Virus record (IMG/VR): IMGVR_UViG_3300017763_000002
Location: 1-64,000 of that record
Strand: one strand, 5' to 3'
Length of the DNA stretch: 64,000 nt
Part shown: piece by piece, positions 1 to 7,219 of the stretch
How the letters are laid out: each line of letters starts with the position of its first letter
Numbering within the stretch: the first letter of the stretch is position 1
The notes under the pieces: generated by a model
Told to the model about the DNA's origin: nothing
Database searches by the model: none
The model's input: the letters and a program-made list of their open reading frames with translations, nothing else
Program-made: the position numbers and the translations under genes

Positions 1-174
1 GCAGATCCAATGTCCAAGGTTTGCCTTGACCAACACGAACTCCATCCCGACAAGTTTCCGCTCGGCAGTACTTTTGAGTCATTCGATGAAGTCTTAGATG
101 ACATCATTTCAGACTTGACAAGATTGCAAGATGAGCGTAGAATAGAGGCATCTTTTCAATCAGCACAACTATAA
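1..174 (+). CDS. partial hypothetical protein (5' end outside window)
   Basis: Frame 1 is open from base 1 to TAA at 172-174 (ADPMSKVCLDQHELHPDKFPLG...QSAQL) and is co-oriented with the next gene. Confidence 0.5.
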   Translation, partial: ADPMSKVCLDQHELHPDKFPLGSTFESFDEVLDDIISDLTRLQDERRIEASFQSAQL

Positions 175-185
175 CACAAAAAATT

Positions 186-389
186 ATGCAAGTATACGAC
201 ACACCCGAAGCAATTGATATGTTCAGATTAACCGCTCTTAAAGGAGCTTTAAAGATGGAGGTTCTTGGTATGACTCGAAGAGGTCAATCAGCTTATTCAA
301 TTGTAAAACAAGAGCTTGGACTTAAAGGCAACAAGAAATCTGTACTCACAAAACTAGAACAAATCATAGAGAACGCCAAAAATGGGTAA
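186..389 (+). CDS. small hypothetical phage protein, 67 aa
   Basis: ORF track; plausible amphipathic helical sequence within the early gene block. Confidence 0.7.
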   Translation: MQVYDTPEAIDMFRLTALKGALKMEVLGMTRRGQSAYSIVKQELGLKGNKKSVLTKLEQIIENAKNG

Positions 390-561
390 GAAAAACAGAG
401 AACGAGGAGTCCCAAGTCAAGAACAGCACTTGGATTTATATAAAAAAGCAAAGTTAAATTCTCACACAGGAGCTAAGCCCCTTGTGGCACACATTAACAA
501 CCCCAATGTCATGGTCACACAAAAGGTGAGAAAAGCACAAGAGGCACGAAAAAAGTCTTGA
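382..561 (+). CDS. basic hypothetical protein, 59 aa (not in ORF track)
   Basis: ATG 382 to TGA 559-561, MGKKNRERGVPSQEQHLDLYKK...QEARKKS; fills the gap between two genes; the stop lies inside the next -35 box. Confidence 0.55.
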   Translation: MGKKNRERGVPSQEQHLDLYKKAKLNSHTGAKPLVAHINNPNVMVTQKVRKAQEARKKS

Positions 562-586
562 CTTTACATACCACATTTGAGATAAT
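558..586 (+). promoter_or_regulatory. sigma70-type early promoter (leaderless)
   Basis: TTGACT-17nt-GATAAT with TG extension; ATG 593 is 6 nt downstream. Confidence 0.8.
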
Positions 587-592
587 TATATC

Positions 593-862
593 ATGTTAGA
601 TTATATTAGAGCAAACTGCGAGTTACCACCTCTTGAAGATCACCCCACTTACGACAAAGATTCTGATATGTGGGAGTTATACTTTGAAGAACTTTTACCT
701 TCTTGGTATGTAAAAAGTGAAGGAGAACATCCCGAACTAATTACCCTTCACTTTGAAACTGAGGGCGAAGCCGTAGAAATTTTACACCAACTACCAACAA
801 TCCAAAATGAAAGGATAGCTTATGAAACTACTGAGCAAAATCAAGAACCTGTTCTCTCCTAA
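593..862 (+). CDS. acidic hypothetical protein, 89 aa
   Basis: ORF track; own promoter; overlaps the next ORF. Confidence 0.7.
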   Translation: MLDYIRANCELPPLEDHPTYDKDSDMWELYFEELLPSWYVKSEGEHPELITLHFETEGEAVEILHQLPTIQNERIAYETTEQNQEPVLS

Positions 863-1052
863 GTACCAAGTGGTATATACCACTGAAGACGGAAGGACAG
901 AGCGTTATACCATCAATCGCCCGCAACACGATTACGAGTTTGGCAACAATACGGAAGGTCGTAATGTTGTTGGGTTTCGTGCTTTTTGTCATAACCGAGG
1001 AGGAATTCGTTCTTTTAGGTATGACCGAGTGAAAGCTTTAGCTAAGGTATAA
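822..1052 (+). CDS. stand-alone WYL-like domain protein, 76 aa
   Basis: C-terminal GFRAFCHNRGGIRSFRYDRV resembles the WYL signature (hxAhCxxRxxxRxFRhDRI). Confidence 0.55.
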   Translation: MKLLSKIKNLFSPKYQVVYTTEDGRTERYTINRPQHDYEFGNNTEGRNVVGFRAFCHNRGGIRSFRYDRVKALAKV

Positions 1053-1054
1053 CA

Positions 1055-1171
1055 ATGAAAACCACCGCACAAATCAAAGCTCGTATTCGTGAGCTAGGCT
1101 ATGAATTAATGCAAGCCGAAATTGCTGACAGCTATTGCGAAAATTTTGTATCGAAAAGACAGGAGCATAAC
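1055..1171 (+). CDS. 38-aa hypothetical protein (not in ORF track)
   Basis: ATG 2 nt after the upstream stop; MKTTAQIKARIRELGYELMQAEIADSYCEKFCIEKTGA. Confidence 0.45.
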
Positions 1172-1250
1172 TTGCTTCTCGAAAAGCTTTACAAGCTCGA
1201 AAAACGAGTGTTTTAAATACTTTCATAACTTGTTCGAACAAATGCAGCTC

Positions 1251-1289
1251 GCCCCCATCCTTATTGCTAGGGTGGGGGCTTTGTTGTTG
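1251..1289 (+). terminator. intrinsic terminator
   Basis: GCCCCCATCCT-7nt loop-AGGGTGGGGGC stem (one G-U pair) followed by TTTGTTGTT. Confidence 0.7.
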
Positions 1290-1356
1290 GTAGTCAAGGC
1301 TTTGTGAAATTTTCACCCTGCCGGATTTTTGCAAATCCTTGCCGGACAACGACTTA
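1280..1356. repeat. 77-bp double-dyad element, copy A
   Basis: Two YAA-N4-TTG-N5-CAA-N4-TTR dyads start at 1280 and 1332 (52 bp apart) around a 27-bp A-tract/GC core. Confidence 0.75.
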
Positions 1357-1393
1357 GGCACTGAAAAAAATGTATTTATTAGTCATTTTATGC

Positions 1394-1421
1394 TTGCACT
1401 TTGTTTGTCTTCTGTCATAAT
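1394..1421 (+). promoter_or_regulatory. sigma70-type early promoter (leaderless)
   Basis: TTGCAC-16nt-CATAAT with TG extension; ATG 1429 is 7 nt downstream. Confidence 0.7.
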
Positions 1422-1428
1422 TATATAC

Positions 1429-1662
1429 ATGAAGATTAATGATAACAATCCACCATTCGACCCAAACGCAGAAGATGCAGTGCATGCTATCTTGGATGTT
1501 CTTAACGAAATGTTTATTCAACCTGCCTACAACGCAGGCGAGATTGACTCAGAAGATGAAGAAGTTCTCTTCAACATTCTTGGTGCAATGAAGATCATCG
1601 GGCAAAAAGCAAGAGCTTACGAAATTATAGAAGATCAAGATTCTTCCCTTTATCGTAATTAA
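1429..1662 (+). CDS. acidic hypothetical protein, 77 aa (start refined from 1339)
   Basis: MKINDNNPPFDPNAEDAVHAIL...; the start fits the promoter position. Confidence 0.7.
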   Translation: MKINDNNPPFDPNAEDAVHAILDVLNEMFIQPAYNAGEIDSEDEEVLFNILGAMKIIGQKARAYEIIEDQDSSLYRN

Positions 1663-1666
1663 TTGC

Positions 1667-1695
1667 TTGACTTTTACTATATATTCACTTATACT
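1667..1695 (+). promoter_or_regulatory. sigma70-type promoter
   Basis: TTGACT-17nt-TATACT; A-rich leader without an SD to ATG 1735. Confidence 0.75.
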
Positions 1696-1734
1696 TATAT
1701 TATAACAATCGAAAATCCTAAACTTAAAAAAAAT

Positions 1735-2532
1735 ATGTTAGATACAACTCAAGAAACCCCTCGTCTTAACCTCCGCATTTGCGGTAATCGCTCATCCATT
1801 GTTGATATGGACGCTGTTCGCAGAGTACCAACTCCGCAACCAACCAACAGATGGAAACCAATCCCGCACTCAAAAGTTGTAGATGTTACTCGCAACAATC
1901 TTGAAGATAAAGGTTTTGAGATTCTCAATGAATGTCACAATGTCACCAAAGGCGGTGAGCATTACTTTGGAATGTTTCAAGTTAATCATGCAGACCTTTC
2001 CGACAATGGCGGTGAGCGTGGTTGTGTAGTTGGCATGAGAAATTCACATGACAAACTTTTCGCAGCAGGTTTGTGTGCAGGTGACGCTCCATTTATTTGC
2101 GACAATCTCATCTTTCACAATGAAGTTGTTTTCACTCGCAAGCATGTCGGAGATGTAAACAAAGAACTCGTAGATCGAGTGCAAAAGATCACCGAGTATC
2201 TCATCCCAATGTGGACTCGCCAAAACGATAGAGTTGCATCTTACAAAGAGGTGGCACTCAATGATCGTGAAGCCCAACATCTTATTTTCGATGTTTACGA
2301 GGCAGGAATCAAGACCAATCTTATTGGCAAATCCCTTCCTACCCAAGCGTGGGAGCAATGGAAAAGTTCCGATCACAAAGTCTTTCAAGATCGTAACCTC
2401 AATTCGCTTTACAACGCTTTTACCGAAGTGAGCAAAGGACGCAATGTCATGCACTTGCCCAAAAGATCAGAAATCTTTCACAATGCTTTTGATCCTGTAG
2501 CAGGAGTAGAGTCTTTCGAGCTTGTAGCTTAA
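1735..2532 (+). CDS. DUF932 family protein (start refined from 1663)
   Basis: PTPQPTNRWKPIPH and MRNSHDKLFAAGLCAGDAPFICDNL match the DUF932 NSHD...AG...VC.N pattern. Confidence 0.7.
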   Translation: MLDTTQETPRLNLRICGNRSSIVDMDAVRRVPTPQPTNRWKPIPHSKVVDVTRNNLEDKGFEILNECHNVTKGGEHYFGMFQVNHADLSDNGGERGCVVGMRNSHDKLFAAGLCAGDAPFICDNLIFHNEVVFTRKHVGDVNKELVDRVQKITEYLIPMWTRQNDRVASYKEVALNDREAQHLIFDVYEAGIKTNLIGKSLPTQAWEQWKSSDHKVFQDRNLNSLYNAFTEVSKGRNVMHLPKRSEIFHNAFDPVAGVESFELVA

Positions 2533-2562
2533 TTTTAACACTAAAAAAAGGAAATCATAATT

Positions 2563-2790
2563 ATGAAATGCCGTAATCTCAACGAAGTATTAGACTCACG
2601 CAAGGGACGATTTGTATCTGTCCTCCTTAAAAACGGACTAAAGCGAGAGCTTTATTCCGCTAAGGTTCACGATTACAACTCCAAGGTTGTCCGCTTCAAG
2701 GACACCAATGGAGGTGAGCGTAGGGTCAGCAGATCTAAGATTGTAAGGGTAAAGGTCGCAGAGCGTGCCTTTAAGCGTACAAGAGCTTAG
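2563..2790 (+). CDS. basic hypothetical protein, 75 aa (small beta-barrel-like)
   Basis: ORF track; followed by a terminator. Confidence 0.7.
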   Translation: MKCRNLNEVLDSRKGRFVSVLLKNGLKRELYSAKVHDYNSKVVRFKDTNGGERRVSRSKIVRVKVAERAFKRTRA

Positions 2791-2806
2791 GTCAAATACC
2801 TAACCT

Positions 2807-2839
2807 AAAAAGCCCCTTGTGAAAGCAAGGGGTTTTTTT
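2807..2839 (+). terminator. intrinsic terminator
   Basis: CCCCTTGT-GAAA-GCAAGGGG hairpin followed by T7, preceded by an A-run. Confidence 0.9.
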
Positions 2840-2840
2840 G

Positions 2841-2917
2841 TATCTTGTTGTCTTGGAGTGACTTGCGAAATTTCCGGCCCGTAAATTTTTCGCAAGTTAT
2901 TGATAGTGATAGGTTTA
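2841..2917. repeat. 77-bp double-dyad element, copy B
   Basis: Dyads start at 2841 and 2893 (52 bp apart); core CGAAATTTCCGGCCCGTAAATTTTTCG. Confidence 0.7.
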
Positions 2918-2934
2918 TGTGTGAAAAAAAAGTG

Positions 2935-2962
2935 TTGACACGCTCGGTCTATATGTTATTAT
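2935..2962 (+). promoter_or_regulatory. sigma70-type early promoter (leaderless)
   Basis: A-tract, then TTGACA-16nt-TATTAT with TG extension; ATG 2969 is 6 nt downstream. Confidence 0.8.
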
Positions 2963-2968
2963 ATAGAT

Positions 2969-3385
2969 ATGATTAGAACAAAACCAGACTCTCGCTACGA
3001 CATCGACTATGACCGAAAGGTGTTCGTATACAAAAACCTTCATAAGAATTGCTGGAGCGTTCGCCAGGACGGATTAGTCAAGGCTCATTCGGATGGATCT
3101 CCAATTTCTATATATTCAGCAACAATGAAGGTGAACCAAAAAGGTCGTGAGCGTGTGATTCGTGAAAAGAGCAAGAATGTTCATGCCGGTGTCTCAGGCT
3201 ATCTTCGCTTTTACCTAGACACTGTGTGGCACGGATGGGTTGACATGGTCGAGATAACATACAATCCTTACAAGTATGAGTCTTTTGTACATGTCCAAAA
3301 CAAAAAGCCAAGATGGTTTGCCAGTATTTGCAAACTTTATCAAGATAAAGTTCTAGTTGAGGCTATTCGGGGCTTGACAGATTAA
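2969..3385 (+). CDS. conserved phage hypothetical protein, 138 aa
   Basis: VYKNLHKNCWSVR...GRERVIREKSKNVHA, a motif I recall from a widespread uncharacterised phage family. Confidence 0.75.
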   Translation: MIRTKPDSRYDIDYDRKVFVYKNLHKNCWSVRQDGLVKAHSDGSPISIYSATMKVNQKGRERVIREKSKNVHAGVSGYLRFYLDTVWHGWVDMVEITYNPYKYESFVHVQNKKPRWFASICKLYQDKVLVEAIRGLTD

Positions 3386-3402
3386 TTTATTTTCATTAGT
3401 AT
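3374..3402 (+). promoter_or_regulatory. sigma70-type early promoter (leaderless)
   Basis: TTGACA-17nt-TAGTAT; ATG 3409 is 6 nt downstream; the -35 lies in the last codons of the upstream gene. Confidence 0.8.
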
Positions 3403-3408
3403 AGTATC

Positions 3409-4146
3409 ATGATTAAAACAACACTTCTCACATCAGGCAATCAAAAAATTCTCAAAGGAGAAAAAATGGGTTACATTACGAAAGGCATTCATCTTGCCCC
3501 AGCAAATCTTGCGGGCTACGAAGTTTGTCGTTGGCGTTCCAAAGGATGCACAATGTCTTGTCTTAACACAGCAGGTCGTGGTCAAATGAATAGCGTTCAG
3601 CAATCACGCATTGCAAAGACAAAGTTATTCTTTGAGCGTAAAGCTGAGTTTATGACTAAGCTATGCAAAGAGATTACAAGCACTTACCGCTCGGCTCTCA
3701 AGAAAGAAATGCAAGCTGTTTTCCGTCTCAATCTTACAAGTGACATTTCATGGGAAGATGTTCAGCTATTTAAAGGCTCAAACATTTTTAAGCACTTTGA
3801 GGGCATTCAGTTCTACGATTATACTAAGTCATTCAAAAGAATGTGTTCTTTCCTCGATAAGCCGTTCATCAAGGGCGAAGCAAAGTTTCCTTCCAATTAT
3901 CATTTAACCTTCTCTCGTAGTGAAAACAACGACAAGAAGTGTGAGATGGTTCTTGCTATGGGTGGCAATGTTGCGGTTGTATTTCGCAATCAGTTGCCTA
4001 AGACTTGGAAAGGTTACGAGGTTGTCAATGGTGATGATACTGACTTGCGTTTTCTTGACAGCCGTGGTGTTGTTGTTGGTCTTATTGAAAAGGGCATGGC
4101 AAAGAAAGATTCCACAGGCTTTGTGCAAGAAGGTATTGACTCCTAA
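3409..4146 (+). CDS. GP88 family phage protein (radical-SAM-like Cys triad)
   Basis: VCRWRSKGCTMSCLNTAGRG, FRLNLTSDI, FYDYTK, YHLTFS, GDDTDLRFLD and KGMAKKD motifs typical of GP88. Confidence 0.8.
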   Translation: MIKTTLLTSGNQKILKGEKMGYITKGIHLAPANLAGYEVCRWRSKGCTMSCLNTAGRGQMNSVQQSRIAKTKLFFERKAEFMTKLCKEITSTYRSALKKEMQAVFRLNLTSDISWEDVQLFKGSNIFKHFEGIQFYDYTKSFKRMCSFLDKPFIKGEAKFPSNYHLTFSRSENNDKKCEMVLAMGGNVAVVFRNQLPKTWKGYEVVNGDDTDLRFLDSRGVVVGLIEKGMAKKDSTGFVQEGIDS

Positions 4147-4163
4147 TCTCAATTTGATATAAT
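4136..4163 (+). promoter_or_regulatory. sigma70-type early promoter (leaderless)
   Basis: TTGACT-16nt-TATAAT; ATG 4170 is 6 nt downstream. Confidence 0.85.
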
Positions 4164-4169
4164 TAAGTT

Positions 4170-4379
4170 ATGAAAAAGACAAAATTTATCTTAACATTAT
4201 CTAACGATAGCATTCCCATCATAGCGGAGGTTTGTGCCTTGAGGGTATTAGAAAGTGATGAAAAAGTATTGGGAAGAGCTTGTGTTATGGAAAATGTAAA
4301 AAAGAAAAACTTTATCGACATAACAAGAAAAGCCAATTATAAAGAAGGAAAGTTATATGCCCAGGCAGACTATGTATAA
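4170..4379 (+). CDS. hypothetical protein, 69 aa
   Basis: ORF track; own promoter; last gene of the rightward early block. Confidence 0.7.
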   Translation: MKKTKFILTLSNDSIPIIAEVCALRVLESDEKVLGRACVMENVKKKNFIDITRKANYKEGKLYAQADYV

Positions 4380-4411
4380 ATAGCCAAATAGAGCAAATAA
4401 ATAGCCAAATA
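4378..4411. repeat. 13-bp direct repeat AAATAGCCAAATA x2
   Basis: Exact copies at 4378-4390 and 4399-4411, 21 bp apart. Confidence 0.7.
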
Positions 4412-4438
4412 CATTATTTTTTTAATCATATCAATCTG

Positions 4439-4515
4439 TAAGTCGTTGAAGTTCAATGGCTTGCAGATTTTTTGCCCCGTCAGTTTTTTGCAAACTGTTG
4501 GCTATCAGCGTTTTA
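4439..4515. repeat. 77-bp double-dyad element, copy C
   Basis: TAAGTCGTTG-AAGTT-CAATGGCTTG, 27-bp core, CAAACTGTTG-GCTAT-CAGCGTTTTA; sits at the convergence of the two early blocks. Confidence 0.8.
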
Positions 4516-4517
4516 GG

Positions 4518-4598
4518 TTAACGCTTTAGAGTAGGATAGAATAATTCTTTGATGCCACCGATCACGCACGAAACGAGAAAAATTGTAATCAATTCCAT
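4518..4598 (-). CDS. 26-aa hydrophobic micropeptide (not in ORF track)
   Basis: MELITIFLVSCVIGGIKELFYPTLKR; the start overlaps the upstream stop (TAATG). Confidence 0.55.
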   Translation of the reverse strand: MELITIFLVSCVIGGIKELFYPTLKR

Positions 4599-4813
4599 TA
4601 CTTAGATAGTTCTAGCTTGCGGTTGTCAAGGATGAATCCGATTACTTTATTGACTCTTTCGATTGACTTGTCAATGGTTCTTTGGGCGTGTTCGCTCGCT
4701 TCCATCTCCTGAAGTAGATTACGCAAGAACTTGAGTTCTCCGTTTGTCGTTGCTAATTCCATCGCTGTTTTGTCAACAAGCTTTGGATCTTCTAGTTTTT
4801 CGATTAATTCCAT
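4598..4813 (-). CDS. helical hypothetical protein, 71 aa
   Basis: ORF track; leaderless promoter upstream. Confidence 0.75.
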   Translation of the reverse strand: MELIEKLEDPKLVDKTAMELATTNGELKFLRNLLQEMEASEHAQRTIDKSIERVNKVIGFILDNRKLELSK

Positions 4814-4819
4814 GATATT

Positions 4820-4847
4820 ATTATGAATGAATGAGTTTAAAAGTCAA
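4820..4847 (-). promoter_or_regulatory. sigma70-type early promoter (leaderless)
   Basis: TTGACT-16nt-CATAAT; ATG 4813 is 6 nt downstream. Confidence 0.8.
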
Positions 4848-4850
4848 GAC

Positions 4851-5312
4851 TTATTTAAGCTCCCAAAGTTCGGGATGAGAATCCCAATGGAAGACAAACC
4901 TGCCTTGATTTTGTTGTGCAAAGTCAATCTCGAATTGAGAAGGCTCAACACCAAAACGCAAACGAAAGTTTGCTTCCGAAGCTGAAATGCCAAGCTCTTT
5001 TTTAAGCTTAACAACTTCGCCCATGCGTGGACGAGCAAGCTTATTTTTGAAAGTCTTTTCAAGCTTTGGAGCTTTTGGGGCAAAGGTTGTGGAGTCAACT
5101 TGGAAACGCTCAGGAGCAGATTCATTCCAAAGAGTAGCAACTTCGGCAGGGTCTTTGCCGTTTGCAACAAGCTTGTGAGCCATTGACTCAAGACGCTTTT
5201 GGGAGTCAACCCCACGAGTCCAAACTGAGTGGTCGTCAGCGTAGTTGTAGAACCAGTCATGTCCTTGCAAGGCGTTTATAAAGTTGGAGAGAGTATTATC
5301 AATTTTAATCAT
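4851..5312 (-). CDS. hypothetical protein, 153 aa
   Basis: ORF track; LQGHDWFYNYADDHSVWTRG resembles a recurrent phage motif (HDW.Y.YSDD..VW..G). Confidence 0.75.
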   Translation of the reverse strand: MIKIDNTLSNFINALQGHDWFYNYADDHSVWTRGVDSQKRLESMAHKLVANGKDPAEVATLWNESAPERFQVDSTTFAPKAPKLEKTFKNKLARPRMGEVVKLKKELGISASEANFRLRFGVEPSQFEIDFAQQNQGRFVFHWDSHPELWELK

Positions 5313-5318
5313 ATCTAT

Positions 5319-5346
5319 ATATTAACAAGTTAAGGGTGAAAGTCAA
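5319..5346 (-). promoter_or_regulatory. sigma70-type early promoter (leaderless)
   Basis: TTGACT-16nt-TAATAT; ATG 5312 is 6 nt downstream. Confidence 0.8.
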
Positions 5347-5420
5347 GCTTTATTTTTTAAAACAAAGGCTAAAAGTATTTTTTCTCTTTCTGTGAGTTGT
5401 GTTTTATTAATCTTAATCAT
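5343..5420 (-). CDS. 25-aa micropeptide, LTEREKIL family copy 1 (not in ORF track)
   Basis: MIKINKTQLTEREKILLAFVLKNKA; own leaderless promoter; paralog at 7442-7507. Confidence 0.65.
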   Translation of the reverse strand: MIKINKTQLTEREKILLAFVLKNKA

Positions 5421-5426
5421 ACATAC

Positions 5427-5455
5427 AATGTAGCACATAAAACCTCAAAAGTCAA
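5427..5455 (-). promoter_or_regulatory. sigma70-type early promoter (leaderless)
   Basis: TTGACT-17nt-TACATT; ATG 5420 is 6 nt downstream. Confidence 0.75.
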
Positions 5456-5468
5456 GAAAAACTTTAAA

Positions 5469-5537
5469 CTATTTTATTGCACAATCCTTTTTTTGACGGG
5501 GTATTTTTTTTGCAAACCCTTGCCAGTCAATGATTTA
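5469..5537. repeat. half element (one dyad) plus 29-bp repeat
   Basis: CTATTTTATTGCACAATCCTTTTTTTGAC at 5469-5497 is identical to 6641-6669; dyad CAAACCCTTG-CCAGT-CAATGATTTA at 5513-5537. Confidence 0.75.
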
Positions 5538-5621
5538 CCAAGGTTTTTCTTCGGTCATTATATCTTTCCACATGATGTAGAATACGATAATCCAAGGAGA
5601 GAATAGGATAAGTTCGATCAT
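5535..5621 (-). CDS. 28-aa single-TM micropeptide (not in ORF track)
   Basis: MIELILFSPWIIVFYIMWKDIMTEEKPW; starts 4 nt after the upstream stop; its TAA is the outer half-site of the dyad. Confidence 0.6.
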   Translation of the reverse strand: MIELILFSPWIIVFYIMWKDIMTEEKPW

Positions 5622-5625
5622 GATG

Positions 5626-5841
5626 TTATTTTTTGCGTTGTTCGTGCAGTATCACTTGAAACTTCTTGCGAGCTTCTTGCACTGCATTGAGAGCGTCAAG
5701 AATAGCCATTCCTTGCGTCATTGTGCCTTGCCATTCGGGCGAGTTTGATACTTCAGCTAAGAAGTTGAGGTTGCCCTCGGCTTTAGATAGAGCTAGACCC
5801 ATGTCTAGTTCTGGGAAGTCCATTGCTTTCGATTCGTTCAT
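5626..5841 (-). CDS. helical hypothetical protein, 71 aa
   Basis: ORF track; leaderless promoter upstream. Confidence 0.75.
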   Translation of the reverse strand: MNESKAMDFPELDMGLALSKAEGNLNFLAEVSNSPEWQGTMTQGMAILDALNAVQEARKKFQVILHEQRKK

Positions 5842-5847
5842 ATTATG

Positions 5848-5876
5848 AATATAGTTTAAAAGGTTTTAAAAGTCAA
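5848..5876 (-). promoter_or_regulatory. sigma70-type early promoter (leaderless)
   Basis: TTGACT-17nt-TATATT; ATG 5841 is 6 nt downstream. Confidence 0.75.
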
Positions 5877-6154
5877 GCTTTTATTTCTGTTATTCTGTTG
5901 ATGTACCATTCGGCATTATCGCCTTCTTTACCTATAACGCCACGCTTGAATTGGACTTTGGTTTGTAGCTTGTTTACGAGAGCCTTTACCTTTCTTCTTA
6001 CTTCGTGCTTGTCTTCAGCTTGAATTTCGAAGATGTTGTTTGTCATGTGCGTATCAATGAATGAATTTGTATTAGTGTTCCACAAAGGAAGTTTTTCCTC
6101 TCGTTCTATAGAGGAGACATGAACATTTGCGATGAATTTTTTATTCTTTAACAT
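5873..6154 (-). CDS. hypothetical protein, 93 aa (start refined from 6268)
   Basis: MLKNKKFIANVHV...EIKA; starts 4 nt after the stop of 6159-6359. Confidence 0.7.
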   Translation of the reverse strand: MLKNKKFIANVHVSSIEREEKLPLWNTNTNSFIDTHMTNNIFEIQAEDKHEVRRKVKALVNKLQTKVQFKRGVIGKEGDNAEWYINRITEIKA

Positions 6155-6158
6155 TTTA

Positions 6159-6359
6159 TTATTGAAAGATGACATTGAAACGAAACTGATTGAGACCTTC
6201 GTCTCGCATGATTCTATTGAGATGAGATTCGCTTGAAGCGGTGCGAACTCGTGGGCGATCGTTGCCATCTGAGTCGATGCCTTGATCGAAGATTTTGACA
6301 GCCCAATGGGTTGACCACTTTTTTATTCTTACTTGTGTAACTTTGTTATTCTTAATCAT
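6159..6359 (-). CDS. hypothetical protein, 66 aa
   Basis: ORF track; leaderless promoter upstream. Confidence 0.7.
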   Translation of the reverse strand: MIKNNKVTQVRIKKWSTHWAVKIFDQGIDSDGNDRPRVRTASSESHLNRIMRDEGLNQFRFNVIFQ

Positions 6360-6365
6360 ATTTAC

Positions 6366-6394
6366 AATCTAATCTATTTTTTACTAAAAGTCAA
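6366..6394 (-). promoter_or_regulatory. sigma70-type early promoter (leaderless)
   Basis: TTGACT-17nt-TAGATT; ATG 6359 is 6 nt downstream. Confidence 0.8.
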
Positions 6395-6582
6395 GCTTTT
6401 TTTACATTATTTTTCATTGCAATTTTGTTTTGCAAATCCCATTCGGAAAGCCATGCCTTATTTTGTTGCAACAAGCTTTCGGCTTGCTCGCGAACTACGG
6501 CATTTTTCTCGCTGAGAATGATATCAACTAGGTCGTTGATGTCGGCTTTAACTTTTTTGATGAGTTGAATTCCTTTATCCAT
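6391..6582 (-). CDS. hypothetical protein, 63 aa
   Basis: ORF track; own promoter; ends KKA-TGA inside the next -35 box. Confidence 0.65.
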   Translation of the reverse strand: MDKGIQLIKKVKADINDLVDIILSEKNAVVREQAESLLQQNKAWLSEWDLQNKIAMKNNVKKA

Positions 6583-6588
6583 ATATAT

Positions 6589-6617
6589 AATCTAAGGGAA
6601 AAACCGGAGTAAGTCAA
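6589..6617 (-). promoter_or_regulatory. sigma70-type early promoter (leaderless)
   Basis: TTGACT-17nt-TAGATT; ATG 6582 is 6 nt downstream. Confidence 0.8.
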
Positions 6618-6640
6618 CTTTTATTTCACTTACCTTTTAG

Positions 6641-6709
6641 CTATTTTATTGCACAATCCTTTTTTTGACCCTGTGGATTTTTTGCAAATCCTTGATTATG
6701 TGTTACTTA
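6641..6709. repeat. half element (one dyad) plus 29-bp repeat
   Basis: 29-bp exact repeat of 5469-5497; dyad CAAATCCTTG-ATTAT-GTGTTACTTA at 6685-6709, whose TTA is the stop of 6707-7015. Confidence 0.75.
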
Positions 6710-7015
6710 GAACACAAGTGATTCTATGTTTTGATTAGGCACGGCAAACCAGTCGGATGGTTGAATTTTATGACCATTTAAGACAGGCTCAAAGTTGACC
6801 TGATGAACTCCGGCATTGACTATTCCGTTTACTCGCTCGCGAGTGGTTGGTGTGTTCCAGCCAGCAAGTGACCATATGACGAAACCGCTTGCGTCTCGTT
6901 TCACAATGGCGTTGCCATGTAGCCAAACGGTGTTTCCGTCTGTGCGTGTGTTGCCAACGGTCAAAGGTTGGCGGGATTCAAAGGCTGATTTGATTTGTTG
7001 TGTTACTTTTCTCAT
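6707..7015 (-). CDS. conserved phage hypothetical protein, 102 aa
   Basis: VWLHGNAIV...SLAGWNTPTTRERVNGI resembles a recurrent phage early-protein motif (LHGN.IA...GW.T.TT..RLN). Confidence 0.75.
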   Translation of the reverse strand: MRKVTQQIKSAFESRQPLTVGNTRTDGNTVWLHGNAIVKRDASGFVIWSLAGWNTPTTRERVNGIVNAGVHQVNFEPVLNGHKIQPSDWFAVPNQNIESLVF

Positions 7016-7033
7016 TTTATATTTATTGAAGGT

Positions 7034-7219
7034 TTACATGTCGAATTGACTATGGTAGCCATAGTCGATATCCTCTTGATCGGGGAATTCATTTAAGGCA
7101 AGCAAATCGTCAAGTTCGATTTGGGCGTTTATTACTTCCTGCTGAGCTTGAACATGTCCAAGTTCGGCAATCGGCGTTTGAGTCTTGATGATCTCTTTTA
7201 GTTCTGTTATTCTATCCAT
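7034..7219 (-). CDS. hypothetical protein, 61 aa (start refined from 7279)
   Basis: MDRITELKEIIKTQTPIAELGHVQAQQEV...; the start overlaps the upstream stop. Confidence 0.65.
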   Translation of the reverse strand: MDRITELKEIIKTQTPIAELGHVQAQQEVINAQIELDDLLALNEFPDQEDIDYGYHSQFDM

